A stretch of 39,481 nucleotides of DNA. It comes from Lysobacterales bacterium (GTDB lineage: Bacteria > Pseudomonadota > Gammaproteobacteria > Xanthomonadales > SZUA-5). The notes under the pieces were generated by a model, which was not told where the DNA came from, made no database searches, and saw nothing but the letters and a program-made list of their open reading frames with translations. The stretch spans positions 1-39,481 of the forward strand of contig JALHMH010000041.1 of NCBI GenBank assembly GCA_022844165.1, written 5' to 3'. Positions 9,558-19,040 of the stretch are shown piece by piece. The position numbers and the translations under genes are program-made. Position 1 is the first letter of the stretch, and every line of letters begins with the position of its first letter.

Positions 9558-11027
9558 CTATTGCCGTCGCGCCTGTTCCAGTGCTGCACCGCGTTCGCGA
9601 AGTACCACCGGGCGCCACTGAGCGACTTGCGCGTCGATTCGTGCGCGTTGGTAGTAGTCGAGGTCGCCGCGTTCGGCGGTACGCTCCAGCTGTTTCATCG
9701 CGTCTTCGAATTTGCCGCGCAAGAAAAAAGCCTGCGCGTAGGCTTCTGCAGCGCGCACTTCATCGCCAGACAGCAGGCTGGCACGCGCCATCAGCTCATG
9801 CATCACCGGGTCGTTGGGAAAGCGCGGCACGACATCGCGCAACGCGGCGACGGCCTTACGGCCACCTTCGGCGTCGTCGCGTTCGATCTGCGCCTGCGCG
9901 AAGGCGGTCACCACTACCCGATGTCCGGGCCGCTCGGCAAGCAGGCGCTGGTAGCGCTGCTGTGCGGCATCGTCCAACCCTGCGGCCCGCTCGTACTCGG
10001 CCAGGGCCAGCTCCAGTGTCAGGCGACCCTTCAGCGCGTCCGCGATGGAATCCAGCTGGATCTTCGCGGCCTTCGCATCGCCCAACCGGATATGCGCCAG
10101 GGCCAGTCCGTAACGCAAAGCGGTTGGGTTGAGTTGCGCATCGCGACGGGTGTCCTTGTAGTACCTCACCAGTCCGGGCAGATCTCGGGAACTCAGCACC
10201 CGCAGCCGCTCACGCATCAGTGCGAATTCCAGGCTGGTTCTCGTTGTGCCGACGCGCAAGCCATCGGCACGCGCTTTGGCCTCGGCGATACGGATCGTTG
10301 TCACCGGATGCGTCTGCAGATACTGCGGCGGTTGTTCGCCCTGCACGCGGTACACCTGACCCAGTCGCGCGAAAAAGTCGGCCATGCCGATGGGATCAAA
10401 GCCGGCTTTAGCCAGTGTCTGGATACCCACACGATCGGCTTCGAACTCATTCTCGCGTGTGAAGTTGATTTGCCGCTGTTGGAGCAAACCCATGCCACCG
10501 ATCATTGCCGCCTGCGCACCATCGCCCTGGCCTTGTGTAGCCATCGCCAATGCCAGCGACGCGAGCAAAATCGGCAGTGCTTCTTCGGCGGTGGTTTCCA
10601 TCGCGCGAGCGATGTGTTTTTGTGTGACGTGCGCAATTTCGTGCGCCAACACACCGGCCATTTCGCTTTCGTTCTCCGCCGCCAACATCAATCCAGAGAA
10701 CATCACGATCAACCCACCGGGCGACGCGAAGGCGTTGATTACCGGCACATTGACCAGCGCAAAATGAAATTCGCCTTCGGTTCGACCGCTGGCTGCGAGC
10801 AAGCGATACGCCAGCGTTTCGTAGTATTCGGTGACTTCGGCGTCTTCGACGGTAATGTCGTAGTTGCGCATTTGTCGCAGCAAACCCTGCGAATATTCGC
10901 GCTCACGCTCAGGCGAAAGCGCGCGGGCCGACGAGTCGCCCAGGTCCGGCAGTTCGTCGACTGCGAACGCGGGCGCACTCGCTATCATCGCGGCGACGGC
11001 CAAGCTTCTAAAACGAGTGCCAAACAT
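9558..11027 (-). CDS. bepA: M48 metalloprotease with TPR domain, BepA/YfgC
   Basis: Signal peptide MFGTRF...APAFA followed by LPDLG; NAFASPGG, HEIAHVTQKH, FTRENEFEADR, YLQTHP; C-terminal TPR helices. Confidence 0.88.
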   Translation of the reverse strand: MFGTRFRSLAVAAMIASAPAFAVDELPDLGDSSARALSPEREREYSQGLLRQMRNYDITVEDAEVTEYYETLAYRLLAASGRTEGEFHFALVNVPVINAFASPGGLIVMFSGLMLAAENESEMAGVLAHEIAHVTQKHIARAMETTAEEALPILLASLALAMATQGQGDGAQAAMIGGMGLLQQRQINFTRENEFEADRVGIQTLAKAGFDPIGMADFFARLGQVYRVQGEQPPQYLQTHPVTTIRIAEAKARADGLRVGTTRTSLEFALMRERLRVLSSRDLPGLVRYYKDTRRDAQLNPTALRYGLALAHIRLGDAKAAKIQLDSIADALKGRLTLELALAEYERAAGLDDAAQQRYQRLLAERPGHRVVVTAFAQAQIERDDAEGGRKAVAALRDVVPRFPNDPVMHELMARASLLSGDEVRAAEAYAQAFFLRGKFEDAMKQLERTAERGDLDYYQRARIDAQVAQWRPVVLRERGAALEQARRQ

Positions 11028-11358
11028 GCGCGTGTCCATGCTGATCATGAGCGACTGCCCAGCAGCCATCGAAGGCGCCCATGCGGCCCTCGCGGCGTGG
11101 TATCGCAGCGCCGCAGCGTTGGATACCGTGTTTATGTACCACAAAGCAGCTTATGCGCCTCTGAACTTGAACGCAGCGGCACTCGCCGACTGGGCGCATC
11201 TGGCCCATGCAAGCGGCGTCAGGTTGCTGGTGTGCCGCAGCGCCTTGCAGCGCCGCGGGCAAGTTCGGACAGCGGGGCCGTTTATCCTCGGAGGACTGGC
11301 CGACTGGGTGCAGGCCAGCTTGCGGTCCGATGTGCGGCGCTGCGTTGGCGCATGGTAA
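11026..11358 (+). CDS. tusD: DsrE/TusD-like sulfur relay protein
   Basis: VFMY, WAHLAHASGVRLLVCRSALQRRG (active-site Cys context as in E. coli CVAAALRRG) and FILGGL..WVQASLRSD align with TusD; N-terminus MRVSMLI resembles MRFAIVV. Confidence 0.8.
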   Translation: MRVSMLIMSDCPAAIEGAHAALAAWYRSAAALDTVFMYHKAAYAPLNLNAAALADWAHLAHASGVRLLVCRSALQRRGQVRTAGPFILGGLADWVQASLRSDVRRCVGAW

Positions 11359-11663
11359 TCGGGCCGACGCTCTTGTTGGTCTCGGCGCTCGATGAACCCG
11401 AACGCTGGCAAACGCTGCTGGCTCTGCTGGAGGCTTACGCGAGCTTCGACGCGCCGTTGGCCTGGGGCGCGAGTGGCGCCGCGATCGCCAGCTTGTGCGA
11501 CGACCGGGCCCCGGCGCGGGCCTTACGCAGCCTGGAACTGCTCGACGCGCCGCTGCTCGTGGTCGCCGATGACGAGTGGCCAGGCGGCATACTGAAGGTG
11601 CAGCGGCTGGCGCCCGACGCATTCGTCGATTGGTGTCGGCGCGACGAAATCTGGGTGTGGTGA
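11352..11663 (+). CDS. Divergent DsrF/TusC-like protein
   Basis: Lies between tusD and tusE with overlapping starts and stops; LLALLEAYASFDAPL and ALRSLELLD resemble DsrF/TusC segments. Confidence 0.62.
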   Translation: MVIGPTLLLVSALDEPERWQTLLALLEAYASFDAPLAWGASGAAIASLCDDRAPARALRSLELLDAPLLVVADDEWPGGILKVQRLAPDAFVDWCRRDEIWVW

Positions 11664-11965
11664 TGGATCTCGACGACAACGGCTATTTGCTCGATGCAGG
11701 CGCATGGACCCGCGAGTTCGCACGCGTCGCGGCAGCGCGCGATGCGATCGAGCTAGCCGACGAACACTGGCAGGTGATCGAATTCCTGCGTGACTATTTT
11801 GCTGAATATGGCGTTTCACCGCCGATGCGCGTGTTGGTCAAAGCGCTCGCCGCGCGCTTGAATCACGCGCCAACGAGCCGCCGTTTGTACCAGTTGTTTC
11901 CAGATGGGCCCGCTAAACAGGCTTGCAAATATGCCGGTCTGCCCAAACCTGTGTCTTGCATTTGA
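11663..11965 (+). CDS. tusE: TusE/DsrC-family sulfur carrier protein
   Basis: DDNGYL, W, HWQVIEFLRDYF, LYQLFPDGPAKQACKYAGLPKPVSCI C-terminus. Confidence 0.92.
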   Translation: MDLDDNGYLLDAGAWTREFARVAAARDAIELADEHWQVIEFLRDYFAEYGVSPPMRVLVKALAARLNHAPTSRRLYQLFPDGPAKQACKYAGLPKPVSCI

Positions 11966-11977
11966 GGAGAGAACAAT

Positions 11978-12235
11978 ATGGCCAGAGTTCTGATGTACAG
12001 CACCGCAGTTTGTCCGTATTGCGTTGCTGCCAAAGGCTTCTTGGCGCGTAAGGGCATCACGCAGATCGAGGAAATCAAGATCGATGCCGATCCTAAGCGA
12101 CGCGAAGAAATGATGACCCGCACCGGCCGCCGTACGGTGCCGCAGATTTATATCGGCGACACGCATGTGGGCGGCCACGATGATCTGGTTGCGCTCGATC
12201 GCGCCGGAAAGCTGGATGCGCTGCTGGCGAGCTGA
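11978..12235 (+). CDS. grxC: Glutaredoxin 3
   Basis: CPYC, RRTVPQIYIG, GGHDDL; GAGGAG RBS. Confidence 0.95.
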   Translation: MARVLMYSTAVCPYCVAAKGFLARKGITQIEEIKIDADPKRREEMMTRTGRRTVPQIYIGDTHVGGHDDLVALDRAGKLDALLAS

Positions 12236-12260
12236 GCGACGCGCCTTGGCCGACCTCGGT

Positions 12261-12314
12261 CTGACCCTCTGCTCGGGTCAGGAAGGCCGGCGGTGACGGT
12301 ACAGTCCGTCACCG
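12261..12314. terminator. Two GC-rich hairpins between convergent grxC and the propeller gene
   Basis: CTGACCC/GGGTCAG (12261-12281) and CGGTGACGG/CCGTCACCG (12291-12314); no strong U tail. Confidence 0.45.
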
Positions 12315-12327
12315 GCTGTGCTGCGCA

Positions 12328-14631
12328 TCACTCGAAGCCGCCCTGCCATCCGCCGCCGTGAATGCCGTCGCCGCGTACGGTTAATCGGTACAGGTCTGGC
12401 AGTGCATTCTGATCATCGGCGCTGATGCTGTTTTCCGTCCCAATATTGAGCCACGTGCCCTGGGATTGACCTGCGTCGCGAACTGCATTCACCGTCGCAC
12501 TGCCGGTCACGAATTCGTCGAGGAGCGTGTCGTAAAGGCTTAAACCCAGCTGCGATGAGCCCAATCCCGCGACAAATTCGACATACCGACCGTTGGCGCT
12601 CAGGCGCATGTTATTGGATGACACCGGCAATTGGCGGGCGCTCTGCAATTTGAGATCGCGCAACCAAACAGAGCCATCCTGCGGCCTGACAAACAGCGAA
12701 AAGCGCAGTTCGCGAGAAAGTGTCGATATCGTGGGCAAACTTGTACCGCCGAGCGGATCGAAGGTTGTACAACCGCCTGTGGGCAGGTTGTCGAGACTAA
12801 AAAGGAATCGCGGACAAAGCGAAACGAACTCGTAAAGCACGGTGGAACCATCCGTGCTGAACTGGAAGACCGGCCATTGCTGCCATTGCGCAGGCCACAG
12901 GCGCCGCGTTGTACCGCTGCTGCGTTCGCGTACGTACCAAATCAGCTGCGGGGCAGTAGCGCCAGACAACACCTGGCTCGGCGATGAAAAAACGACGCGG
13001 CGGCCATCGTCCGACACCGCGGCGAATCCCGGGTCCCCGTACTCCAGGTCCGACTCGATGCCAGCGCTGGTGACGTTCACGCGCTCGATGACCGAGGTTT
13101 GCCGATCCACCAGAAAAACATCGCGCTGGCGATTGCTGTCGCCAGCGACCAGGTGATCGGCGGTCGACGAAAACAGCACGAATCGGGCATCCCCCGAAAC
13201 ATCAAGCAGCTCAATCGTTCCGTTGATCGGCAGGGGCACATCGAGAACGCGCTGGATGACGCCGCTGTCCATGTCGCGGACGAACAGATCGGTGCTCGTC
13301 GCAGAGGTGTCGGCTCCGGCCACGAGATTACTTGCGTTGGAGGCGAAGAAAACAAAGCGACCATCGCGCGACTCCGATCGCTGTGCCGTGGCTGACTGAA
13401 TCGTGCTGCCATTGGCGCTGAGCGTTGGCGTTGGGTCGAAGGGTCCGACCACCAGCTCAGGCGTTGCCATTGGTCCGGTTGCCCGCAGCAGATCGATGTG
13501 GTGGTTGCGATCGCCGTCGAAGGGTTGTGTGGTCTGCACAAAAAAGGCCCCGGAGTTGCCGACGCCGTAGGCAAACACATCGTCTCGCGGCATCCGCACC
13601 GCGTTGGGTGCCGTCATGTCTCGGTAGTAGGTTCTGAAGTCCAGAGACCGAAAAACGACGGCGTCGAACCGATATTGATCGAAGTGAATGTGGCGAGCGT
13701 CGGGGCTGATCTGGAGGTAAGAGGATTCGGTGCCCGGCGGCGGTGATACGCCAGCTGACACCCACTCGAACTGCTGATTGAGCGCATCGAAACGATAGAT
13801 GGCGGGCGAAGTGGTGACACCCGGAATCAGGTTGGTCGACGTCGAGTTGAAAACGACGTACCGGCAATCGGCACTGATGGCGGGCAGACCCCTGGACGCG
13901 CCGCCGGCTAACGGAGCGTCGATCGCAAACTCGCTCCCATCCGGCCGGTGTAACCAAAGTTCGTTGTCGCGATTCGAGAACGTGAAACAATTCGGCGTCT
14001 CGGACAATCCGAAACCGTCGTGGTTTGTCACCGGTTCGACGGTGGCCAATTCAGTGACGATGTTGGCCTCGAAGTCCAGGTTCAGCGCCCGTGTTTCGTC
14101 GGCACCACCGGCGATCCAGTCCGCTCCGCGCGTCGCCAAGATCTGAACCGATCGCCCGTTGGCGGCCACCTTTGGTGTGAAGTAGTCAGCGGCGCCCTCC
14201 AGGCTGACCGGCGTGATCCGGACGAAGCTACCGTCGGTCATGTCCTTGCGATAGATCGCCTGCGTCGTCGTGCCCGGCATCAGATTGGTCGCAGAGCTGG
14301 AAAAGACCACATATCGACCGTCGTCACTCGCCCCCATCGCCACAGAAACACCGTTGCCGATCTCGCCGTTGTGCTGCGACACGATGATTCGCTCACCAGT
14401 GAGCCGATCGAAGCGGACCACCTGGAAAGAGCCGCTCGGGTTGCCCTCGACCAGATTCGTCGATCGGGTCGAGAAAACCGCGTAGCGCCGATCGGCATGG
14501 TCGAAACCAGCACTGACGCCGGCATCGGTGCTGGGTTCGCCAGGCGCCGCTCCTTTGGAGATCAGCGTTATCGAACTTGCAGCAGCGGAGGAAGTGAACA
14601 CAACCAGCGTAGTGGTAAGAATCAGGCGCAT
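12328..14631 (-). CDS. Secreted TolB-like/PD40 double beta-propeller protein
   Basis: Signal peptide; repeated S.DGR[YF]VVF.S.A.NL and GD.N...D[VL]F motifs; C-terminal ...DGIHGGGWQGGFE. Confidence 0.85.
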   Translation of the reverse strand: MRLILTTTLVVFTSSAAASSITLISKGAAPGEPSTDAGVSAGFDHADRRYAVFSTRSTNLVEGNPSGSFQVVRFDRLTGERIIVSQHNGEIGNGVSVAMGASDDGRYVVFSSSATNLMPGTTTQAIYRKDMTDGSFVRITPVSLEGAADYFTPKVAANGRSVQILATRGADWIAGGADETRALNLDFEANIVTELATVEPVTNHDGFGLSETPNCFTFSNRDNELWLHRPDGSEFAIDAPLAGGASRGLPAISADCRYVVFNSTSTNLIPGVTTSPAIYRFDALNQQFEWVSAGVSPPPGTESSYLQISPDARHIHFDQYRFDAVVFRSLDFRTYYRDMTAPNAVRMPRDDVFAYGVGNSGAFFVQTTQPFDGDRNHHIDLLRATGPMATPELVVGPFDPTPTLSANGSTIQSATAQRSESRDGRFVFFASNASNLVAGADTSATSTDLFVRDMDSGVIQRVLDVPLPINGTIELLDVSGDARFVLFSSTADHLVAGDSNRQRDVFLVDRQTSVIERVNVTSAGIESDLEYGDPGFAAVSDDGRRVVFSSPSQVLSGATAPQLIWYVRERSSGTTRRLWPAQWQQWPVFQFSTDGSTVLYEFVSLCPRFLFSLDNLPTGGCTTFDPLGGTSLPTISTLSRELRFSLFVRPQDGSVWLRDLKLQSARQLPVSSNNMRLSANGRYVEFVAGLGSSQLGLSLYDTLLDEFVTGSATVNAVRDAGQSQGTWLNIGTENSISADDQNALPDLYRLTVRGDGIHGGGWQGGFE

Positions 14632-14834
14632 AGGGGACCGTATCGAGGGAGCTATGTCTAGAGAATCGAAAAATCGGGCCGAATCGGCTCATTGCCAGGC
14701 GGATCAGAAGCACTGAGGGCGCCGATGGCGACTTCCTTGCAGCGTCGGTATCGCAAGGACCCATCGCGGCGTTGCACATCCGCGCAATGGTCGCGCTGAG
14801 CGCGCCAAAAGCCTCTCGGTGCTATCGGGGCGAA

Positions 14835-17800
14835 CTATGCCGCGCGACCACGCACCTGGCTCGGCGGAACGCCGTAACGCACCTTGAATGCTCGCGTAAA
14901 GCTCGACAGGCTTTCAAAGCCGCTGGCGTAAGCGATCTCGGATACATTGCCTGCGCCTTGTTCAAGCAGCCGGTGTCCGTGTGCCAAGCGAGTGTCGCGC
15001 AAGTAGTCGCTCGGGCTCTGGCCGAGCAGCTCTTTGCACTTGCGGAACAGCTGCGTTCGGTCGGCGTGCATGGCTTGCGACAGTTCTTCGATGCCGAATT
15101 GTGGTTCATGCAGATTCGCCACAATGCACTGGTCCAGGCGCTGCCGCCAACGTGTGTCTGGGGTCTCGATGGTCCCCGTGGGCGCAGCTGGCGCCGCGGC
15201 GGCGAGCCGATGCTGTAAGCGCCGCGCGTGCGCGACGATCGCCTCGCAGCGCGCCAGCAACTCGCTGGAATCAAAGGGTTTGGCAAGGTAATCGTTGGCG
15301 CCCGCCTGCAATCCAGCGACCGCGTGCTCGCTGCCCACTTTGGCCGTCAACAGCAAGATGCCGATCGCTTCGGTATCGGCGTGGCTGCGCAGACGCCTGG
15401 TCAACTCCACGCCATCGCAGCCAGGCATCATCACGTCGGAGACGATCAAATCCGGTAGCTCATCGCGCGCCCGTTGCCAGGCTTGATCGCCGTTCGCTGC
15501 CTCGATCACCTCGTAGCGATGACCGAGCACATCGCGCACGCGCAGACGCAGATCGTCGTGATCGTCGACGATCAGCACGCGCTCGCGCCCACTGCGCGCT
15601 TCGCCGTCGCTACCCTGTGGGTCGCGCCATGGCGCGACGCTTTTGTCTGTTCCGGGCAGCGTGCCATCCGTCTCCGGGGCGACGGTGTGATCGGTTCCCA
15701 ACAGCGTTCCCTCGGTCTCCTGCGCGACGCTTTGGCTGGTGATTTCCCGCGCCTTTTCTGCTGTCTCGTCGAACGCAACTGGCGAACCATCGCGCGGCGC
15801 ATCCGCAGAAGTCGGCGGGCTGCCGGGAACAGCTAACAGCGTCGCGCCATGGCGCGACCCACGGGTGTCGTCGGCGGCGACCGGCAGTCGCAACACAAAG
15901 CTGCTGCCGACCCCGAGCGTACTCGTCGCGGTCACCTCCCCTCCGTGCGCGAGCGCTATCTCACGCACCAGCGACAGCCCGATGCCATAACCACTGGCGC
16001 GGTCGCTGCCATCGGTTTGGAAAAAGCGATCGAAGACGTGGGGCAACGCGTCGGGTGCAATGCCGCGACCCTGATCGCGAACAGCGATGGACCAGACCTG
16101 TTCCTCGCGCGCCAGTGTCAGCTCAATGGCCGTACCGCGCGGCGAGTACTTTGCCGCATTGCTGATCAGGTTACTCAACGCGCGCTCGATCTGCAGCGGA
16201 TCGATGACACACGGTGCGCGATCGAAACCACCGCAGTCCACGCTCAATTGTTGGCCGAATCTCGCCACCAGCGGCGCGTTTTCGGCAGCGACATGTTGCA
16301 GCAACGGCAGCAGATCGTGCGTGGCCGAAGACAACGTCAACTGCCCCTGCTCCAGGCGATTGACATCCAGCAACTCGACGATCAAATCCAGCACGCGCCG
16401 CGCATTGCGCTGCGCCAATTGCAGCTGCCCACGCACGCGTTCCGAGAGTCGCTCGCGCGCGTCGCGCAGCAGATCGTCGATCGGGCCCAGGACCAAGGTC
16501 AGCGGTGTGCGGAACTCGTGGCCGACATTGATGAAGAACTGCGTCTTCAGGCGGTCGACAGCGAGCAGGCGTTCCGCTTGTTCGGCAAGTTGCAGGTTCT
16601 TATCGTGCAATTCCGTCGTTCGCGCGGCAACCGTGGCCTCAAGTTCAGTTTGGCGCATCAGCATTTGCCGTTGCCGACGACGAGCGCCGAGCCGGGCCGC
16701 CAGCGCCAGCGCACAGCCGGCGACGAGCGCGTACAACGCCAGCGCCCACCACTGCCGATACCAGGGCGGCGGTACCGAGAACGTCAGCAGTTCCGCTTGC
16801 GAAACCCGTCCCCAGGCATCTCTACCCTCCACTTGGAATGCGTAACGGCCCGGCGAGAGATCGGCAAACTCGAACTCGCTACGAGATGACCACGGCGAAA
16901 ACTCATCGCTGAATCCGGCCAGGCGAAAGCGCAGCGCATTTCCCTCCCGCCGTTGCATGGCCGGCAGCGCGAACTCGATTCGTACGCGCGAATTTGGCGA
17001 TGCCTGCCAACGCTTCAACGGCAGTGGCTCGCGAGTTCGATCGTCCCAAAGGCCAGTCAGAATCGGCGTGACCTGGGGAAGGTGACGGCGCTGCGCTGCC
17101 AGATCGATGCGCGCGACGCCATCGTATTTCAGCACCCACAGGATGTTCCCCTCGCGTTGGAAGTAGCGAACCAACATTTTCGGGTCGAGCGCCGCCAGCG
17201 GCGTCGCGTCCCATCGGAAGGTTTTGCCCTCGCGCCAGGCAACGCCCAGATGCGTAGGGCTCTGCATCCAGAGATGGCCTTCATCGTCTTCCACCAGCTC
17301 GTCGATCGGACCGGACCGCATATGCACAGGCAACTCTGCGGCAGGTACAAAACGACCACCCGTGGACAACCGGTAGACGCCATCGCGCGTTCCCGCCCAC
17401 AATGCATTCGGCCCTCGCCGCAAGAAGAATTGCCCAGCAGGCAGGCCGGTATCGGTCACCCACTCCGGTGCCAGCCATTGGCCATCGGGTCCTTTGCGCA
17501 TCCGCGAGAGCTGGCCGTTGTCGCGATGCATCCACAGCTCGTCGCTGCTCGCTTCGACCACATCGGTGAGCGCGTGTAGCGGCAAAGGCAGGGGCGTAAA
17601 CGTGGCCCCATCGGCACCGGCAGCCACCGCGGCGAGCTTGCCGCCGATCTGCGTATACATGAGGTCACGGTTCAGCCGGGAAGGCGATAGGTGGCCTGTT
17701 CCAGCGATCAGCAGAGGAGCACTCTCCAGATCGGAAAACTCGCGAAAGTCCGAGCCCATGGTGTAAAGGCGCGGGCCACGCACCATGACATAACCCACCT

Positions 17801-18950
17801 GCAAGTCGGCGGCAGGTTGGTATGGCCGGAACTGTGCCGGATCGACGCTGGTGTCGAGCGCCAGCATCCGGAACTGCGAGCTGATGAAAATACGGTCGCG
17901 CCAGCGCTCAAGGCTATTGACCCGGGCACTGCCGAACTCGGGCCCGTAAAAAGTGGTCGCGCTCGCTTGATCGATGCGCGTGATGGTGTTGGTCTGCGTG
18001 ACCCAAAGACCGCCCTGCCGATCTTCGGCGATGTCGATGACCGCGGTTTCGCGAAGTCCGGCCTTCTCGCCCAGGTGCTGGAGCGTTCGACCGTCGGCAT
18101 CGACGATGGTCACCGGACCGCGCTGGAAACCGAGCGCATAACGCCCGCCGCTGATCGCCTGAAAGGCGCTGGGCAGCTGACGTCGCCGTAAATCCTCTCC
18201 GTCGGCCCAGACACGGGTTCCTCGACCGCCAGCGAGCAAACTGGCGCGACCACCGAGCTGAATCGCAAGAAACCGCCCGTCCTCAAGCGGGTGGATGCCG
18301 ACCATCAGTTTCTGTTCGATATCTTCGACAGGCGCCAGAACGTCGAATGCGGGTGGCCCGCTTTCGCTGACTTTGAAGATGCCCTTACCGGACAGATACA
18401 GAACCAGCGTATTGCGATGCGACACCCAGCCGTTGGCGGGCGCCAACAATTCGACGACCGGCTCGGCCGTGTCGTCGGGGACGAACAGCAGCTTGGTCTG
18501 CGCCACGAACCAGATGCCGTGGCGCACATCGTCGTAGTTCTGCCCAAACACTTTGTTGAATTCGCGCATCGCCGGGGGCAGGCGCTCTTGCAGCGAATGC
18601 CAGCGGTAGCCGCCGTCCGGTCGCGGGACGAAGCAGCCGATTTCTCCCGGGTACCCGCCGCAGAACTCGCCCTTCGGAGTGCGCACCATGCGCAGGAAGC
18701 CCGTATTGCCGAGCGGATGTTCGTACAGGCGCCAGCGTGCGCCGTCGAAGATCGCCAGGCCCTTGGTGTTGGACACCGCGATGCGCCCGTCGTCGAGCGG
18801 CAGAACGTTACTGGAGCCCGGATGGCCGCCGAAGCTTGCAGGCCGATGGACTTCAATGGCGGGCCACCCCAACTCGCCGCCGGCCGCCGGCAGCGATCCG
18901 ATCAACAGCCAGAGGGCTGCAGCTAACGCCCGATAGACTTTCGACGTCAT
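14835..18950 (-). CDS. Hybrid two-component system: periplasmic beta-propeller, Y_Y_Y, TM, HisKA, HATPase, REC, AraC HTH
   Basis: Signal/TM at the N-terminus; DRQGGLW-type propeller repeats; Y_Y_Y (FADLSPGRYAFQVEGRD); PPWY-TM; HEFRTPL; NAAKY, DQGRGI, GIGL; VDD...DVMMP...KPF; C-terminal AraC (GFESLSSFTRAFK). GAGGA RBS before ATG 18950. Confidence 0.93.
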   Translation of the reverse strand: MTSKVYRALAAALWLLIGSLPAAGGELGWPAIEVHRPASFGGHPGSSNVLPLDDGRIAVSNTKGLAIFDGARWRLYEHPLGNTGFLRMVRTPKGEFCGGYPGEIGCFVPRPDGGYRWHSLQERLPPAMREFNKVFGQNYDDVRHGIWFVAQTKLLFVPDDTAEPVVELLAPANGWVSHRNTLVLYLSGKGIFKVSESGPPAFDVLAPVEDIEQKLMVGIHPLEDGRFLAIQLGGRASLLAGGRGTRVWADGEDLRRRQLPSAFQAISGGRYALGFQRGPVTIVDADGRTLQHLGEKAGLRETAVIDIAEDRQGGLWVTQTNTITRIDQASATTFYGPEFGSARVNSLERWRDRIFISSQFRMLALDTSVDPAQFRPYQPAADLQVGYVMVRGPRLYTMGSDFREFSDLESAPLLIAGTGHLSPSRLNRDLMYTQIGGKLAAVAAGADGATFTPLPLPLHALTDVVEASSDELWMHRDNGQLSRMRKGPDGQWLAPEWVTDTGLPAGQFFLRRGPNALWAGTRDGVYRLSTGGRFVPAAELPVHMRSGPIDELVEDDEGHLWMQSPTHLGVAWREGKTFRWDATPLAALDPKMLVRYFQREGNILWVLKYDGVARIDLAAQRRHLPQVTPILTGLWDDRTREPLPLKRWQASPNSRVRIEFALPAMQRREGNALRFRLAGFSDEFSPWSSRSEFEFADLSPGRYAFQVEGRDAWGRVSQAELLTFSVPPPWYRQWWALALYALVAGCALALAARLGARRRQRQMLMRQTELEATVAARTTELHDKNLQLAEQAERLLAVDRLKTQFFINVGHEFRTPLTLVLGPIDDLLRDARERLSERVRGQLQLAQRNARRVLDLIVELLDVNRLEQGQLTLSSATHDLLPLLQHVAAENAPLVARFGQQLSVDCGGFDRAPCVIDPLQIERALSNLISNAAKYSPRGTAIELTLAREEQVWSIAVRDQGRGIAPDALPHVFDRFFQTDGSDRASGYGIGLSLVREIALAHGGEVTATSTLGVGSSFVLRLPVAADDTRGSRHGATLLAVPGSPPTSADAPRDGSPVAFDETAEKAREITSQSVAQETEGTLLGTDHTVAPETDGTLPGTDKSVAPWRDPQGSDGEARSGRERVLIVDDHDDLRLRVRDVLGHRYEVIEAANGDQAWQRARDELPDLIVSDVMMPGCDGVELTRRLRSHADTEAIGILLLTAKVGSEHAVAGLQAGANDYLAKPFDSSELLARCEAIVAHARRLQHRLAAAAPAAPTGTIETPDTRWRQRLDQCIVANLHEPQFGIEELSQAMHADRTQLFRKCKELLGQSPSDYLRDTRLAHGHRLLEQGAGNVSEIAYASGFESLSSFTRAFKVRYGVPPSQVRGRAA
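15617..15862. repeat. REPIN-like inverted pair of GTGG-led palindromes inside the HTCS coding sequence, with internal 45-bp tandem units
   Basis: GTGG+GTCGCGCCATGGCGCGAC at 15617-15638 and inverted at 15841-15862. The 44-nt arms match at 40/44. Degenerate 45-bp units at 15631-15675 and 15676-15720. Confidence 0.8.
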
Positions 18951-19040
18951 GATGCGCGATTCCTCATCAGCGAGACCGACCAAACCGGGACGCCTCGAAG
19001 CCCGCCGCGATCCTTCGCGTTGCTGCAGGAGATTTACGAC

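Noticed and set aside
9447-11351. 738-aa + strand ORF 9447..11663
   Set aside because: Most of it is the antisense shadow of bepA, a common artefact in high-GC DNA. Only the last 103 aa (from ATG 11352) look like a real TusC-like gene.
14632-14834. Second copy of the tandem HTCS operator upstream of the PD40 gene
   Set aside because: Only short partial matches (CGTTGC) and a CCTTGC/GCAAGG hairpin; no convincing 21-bp-period repeat.
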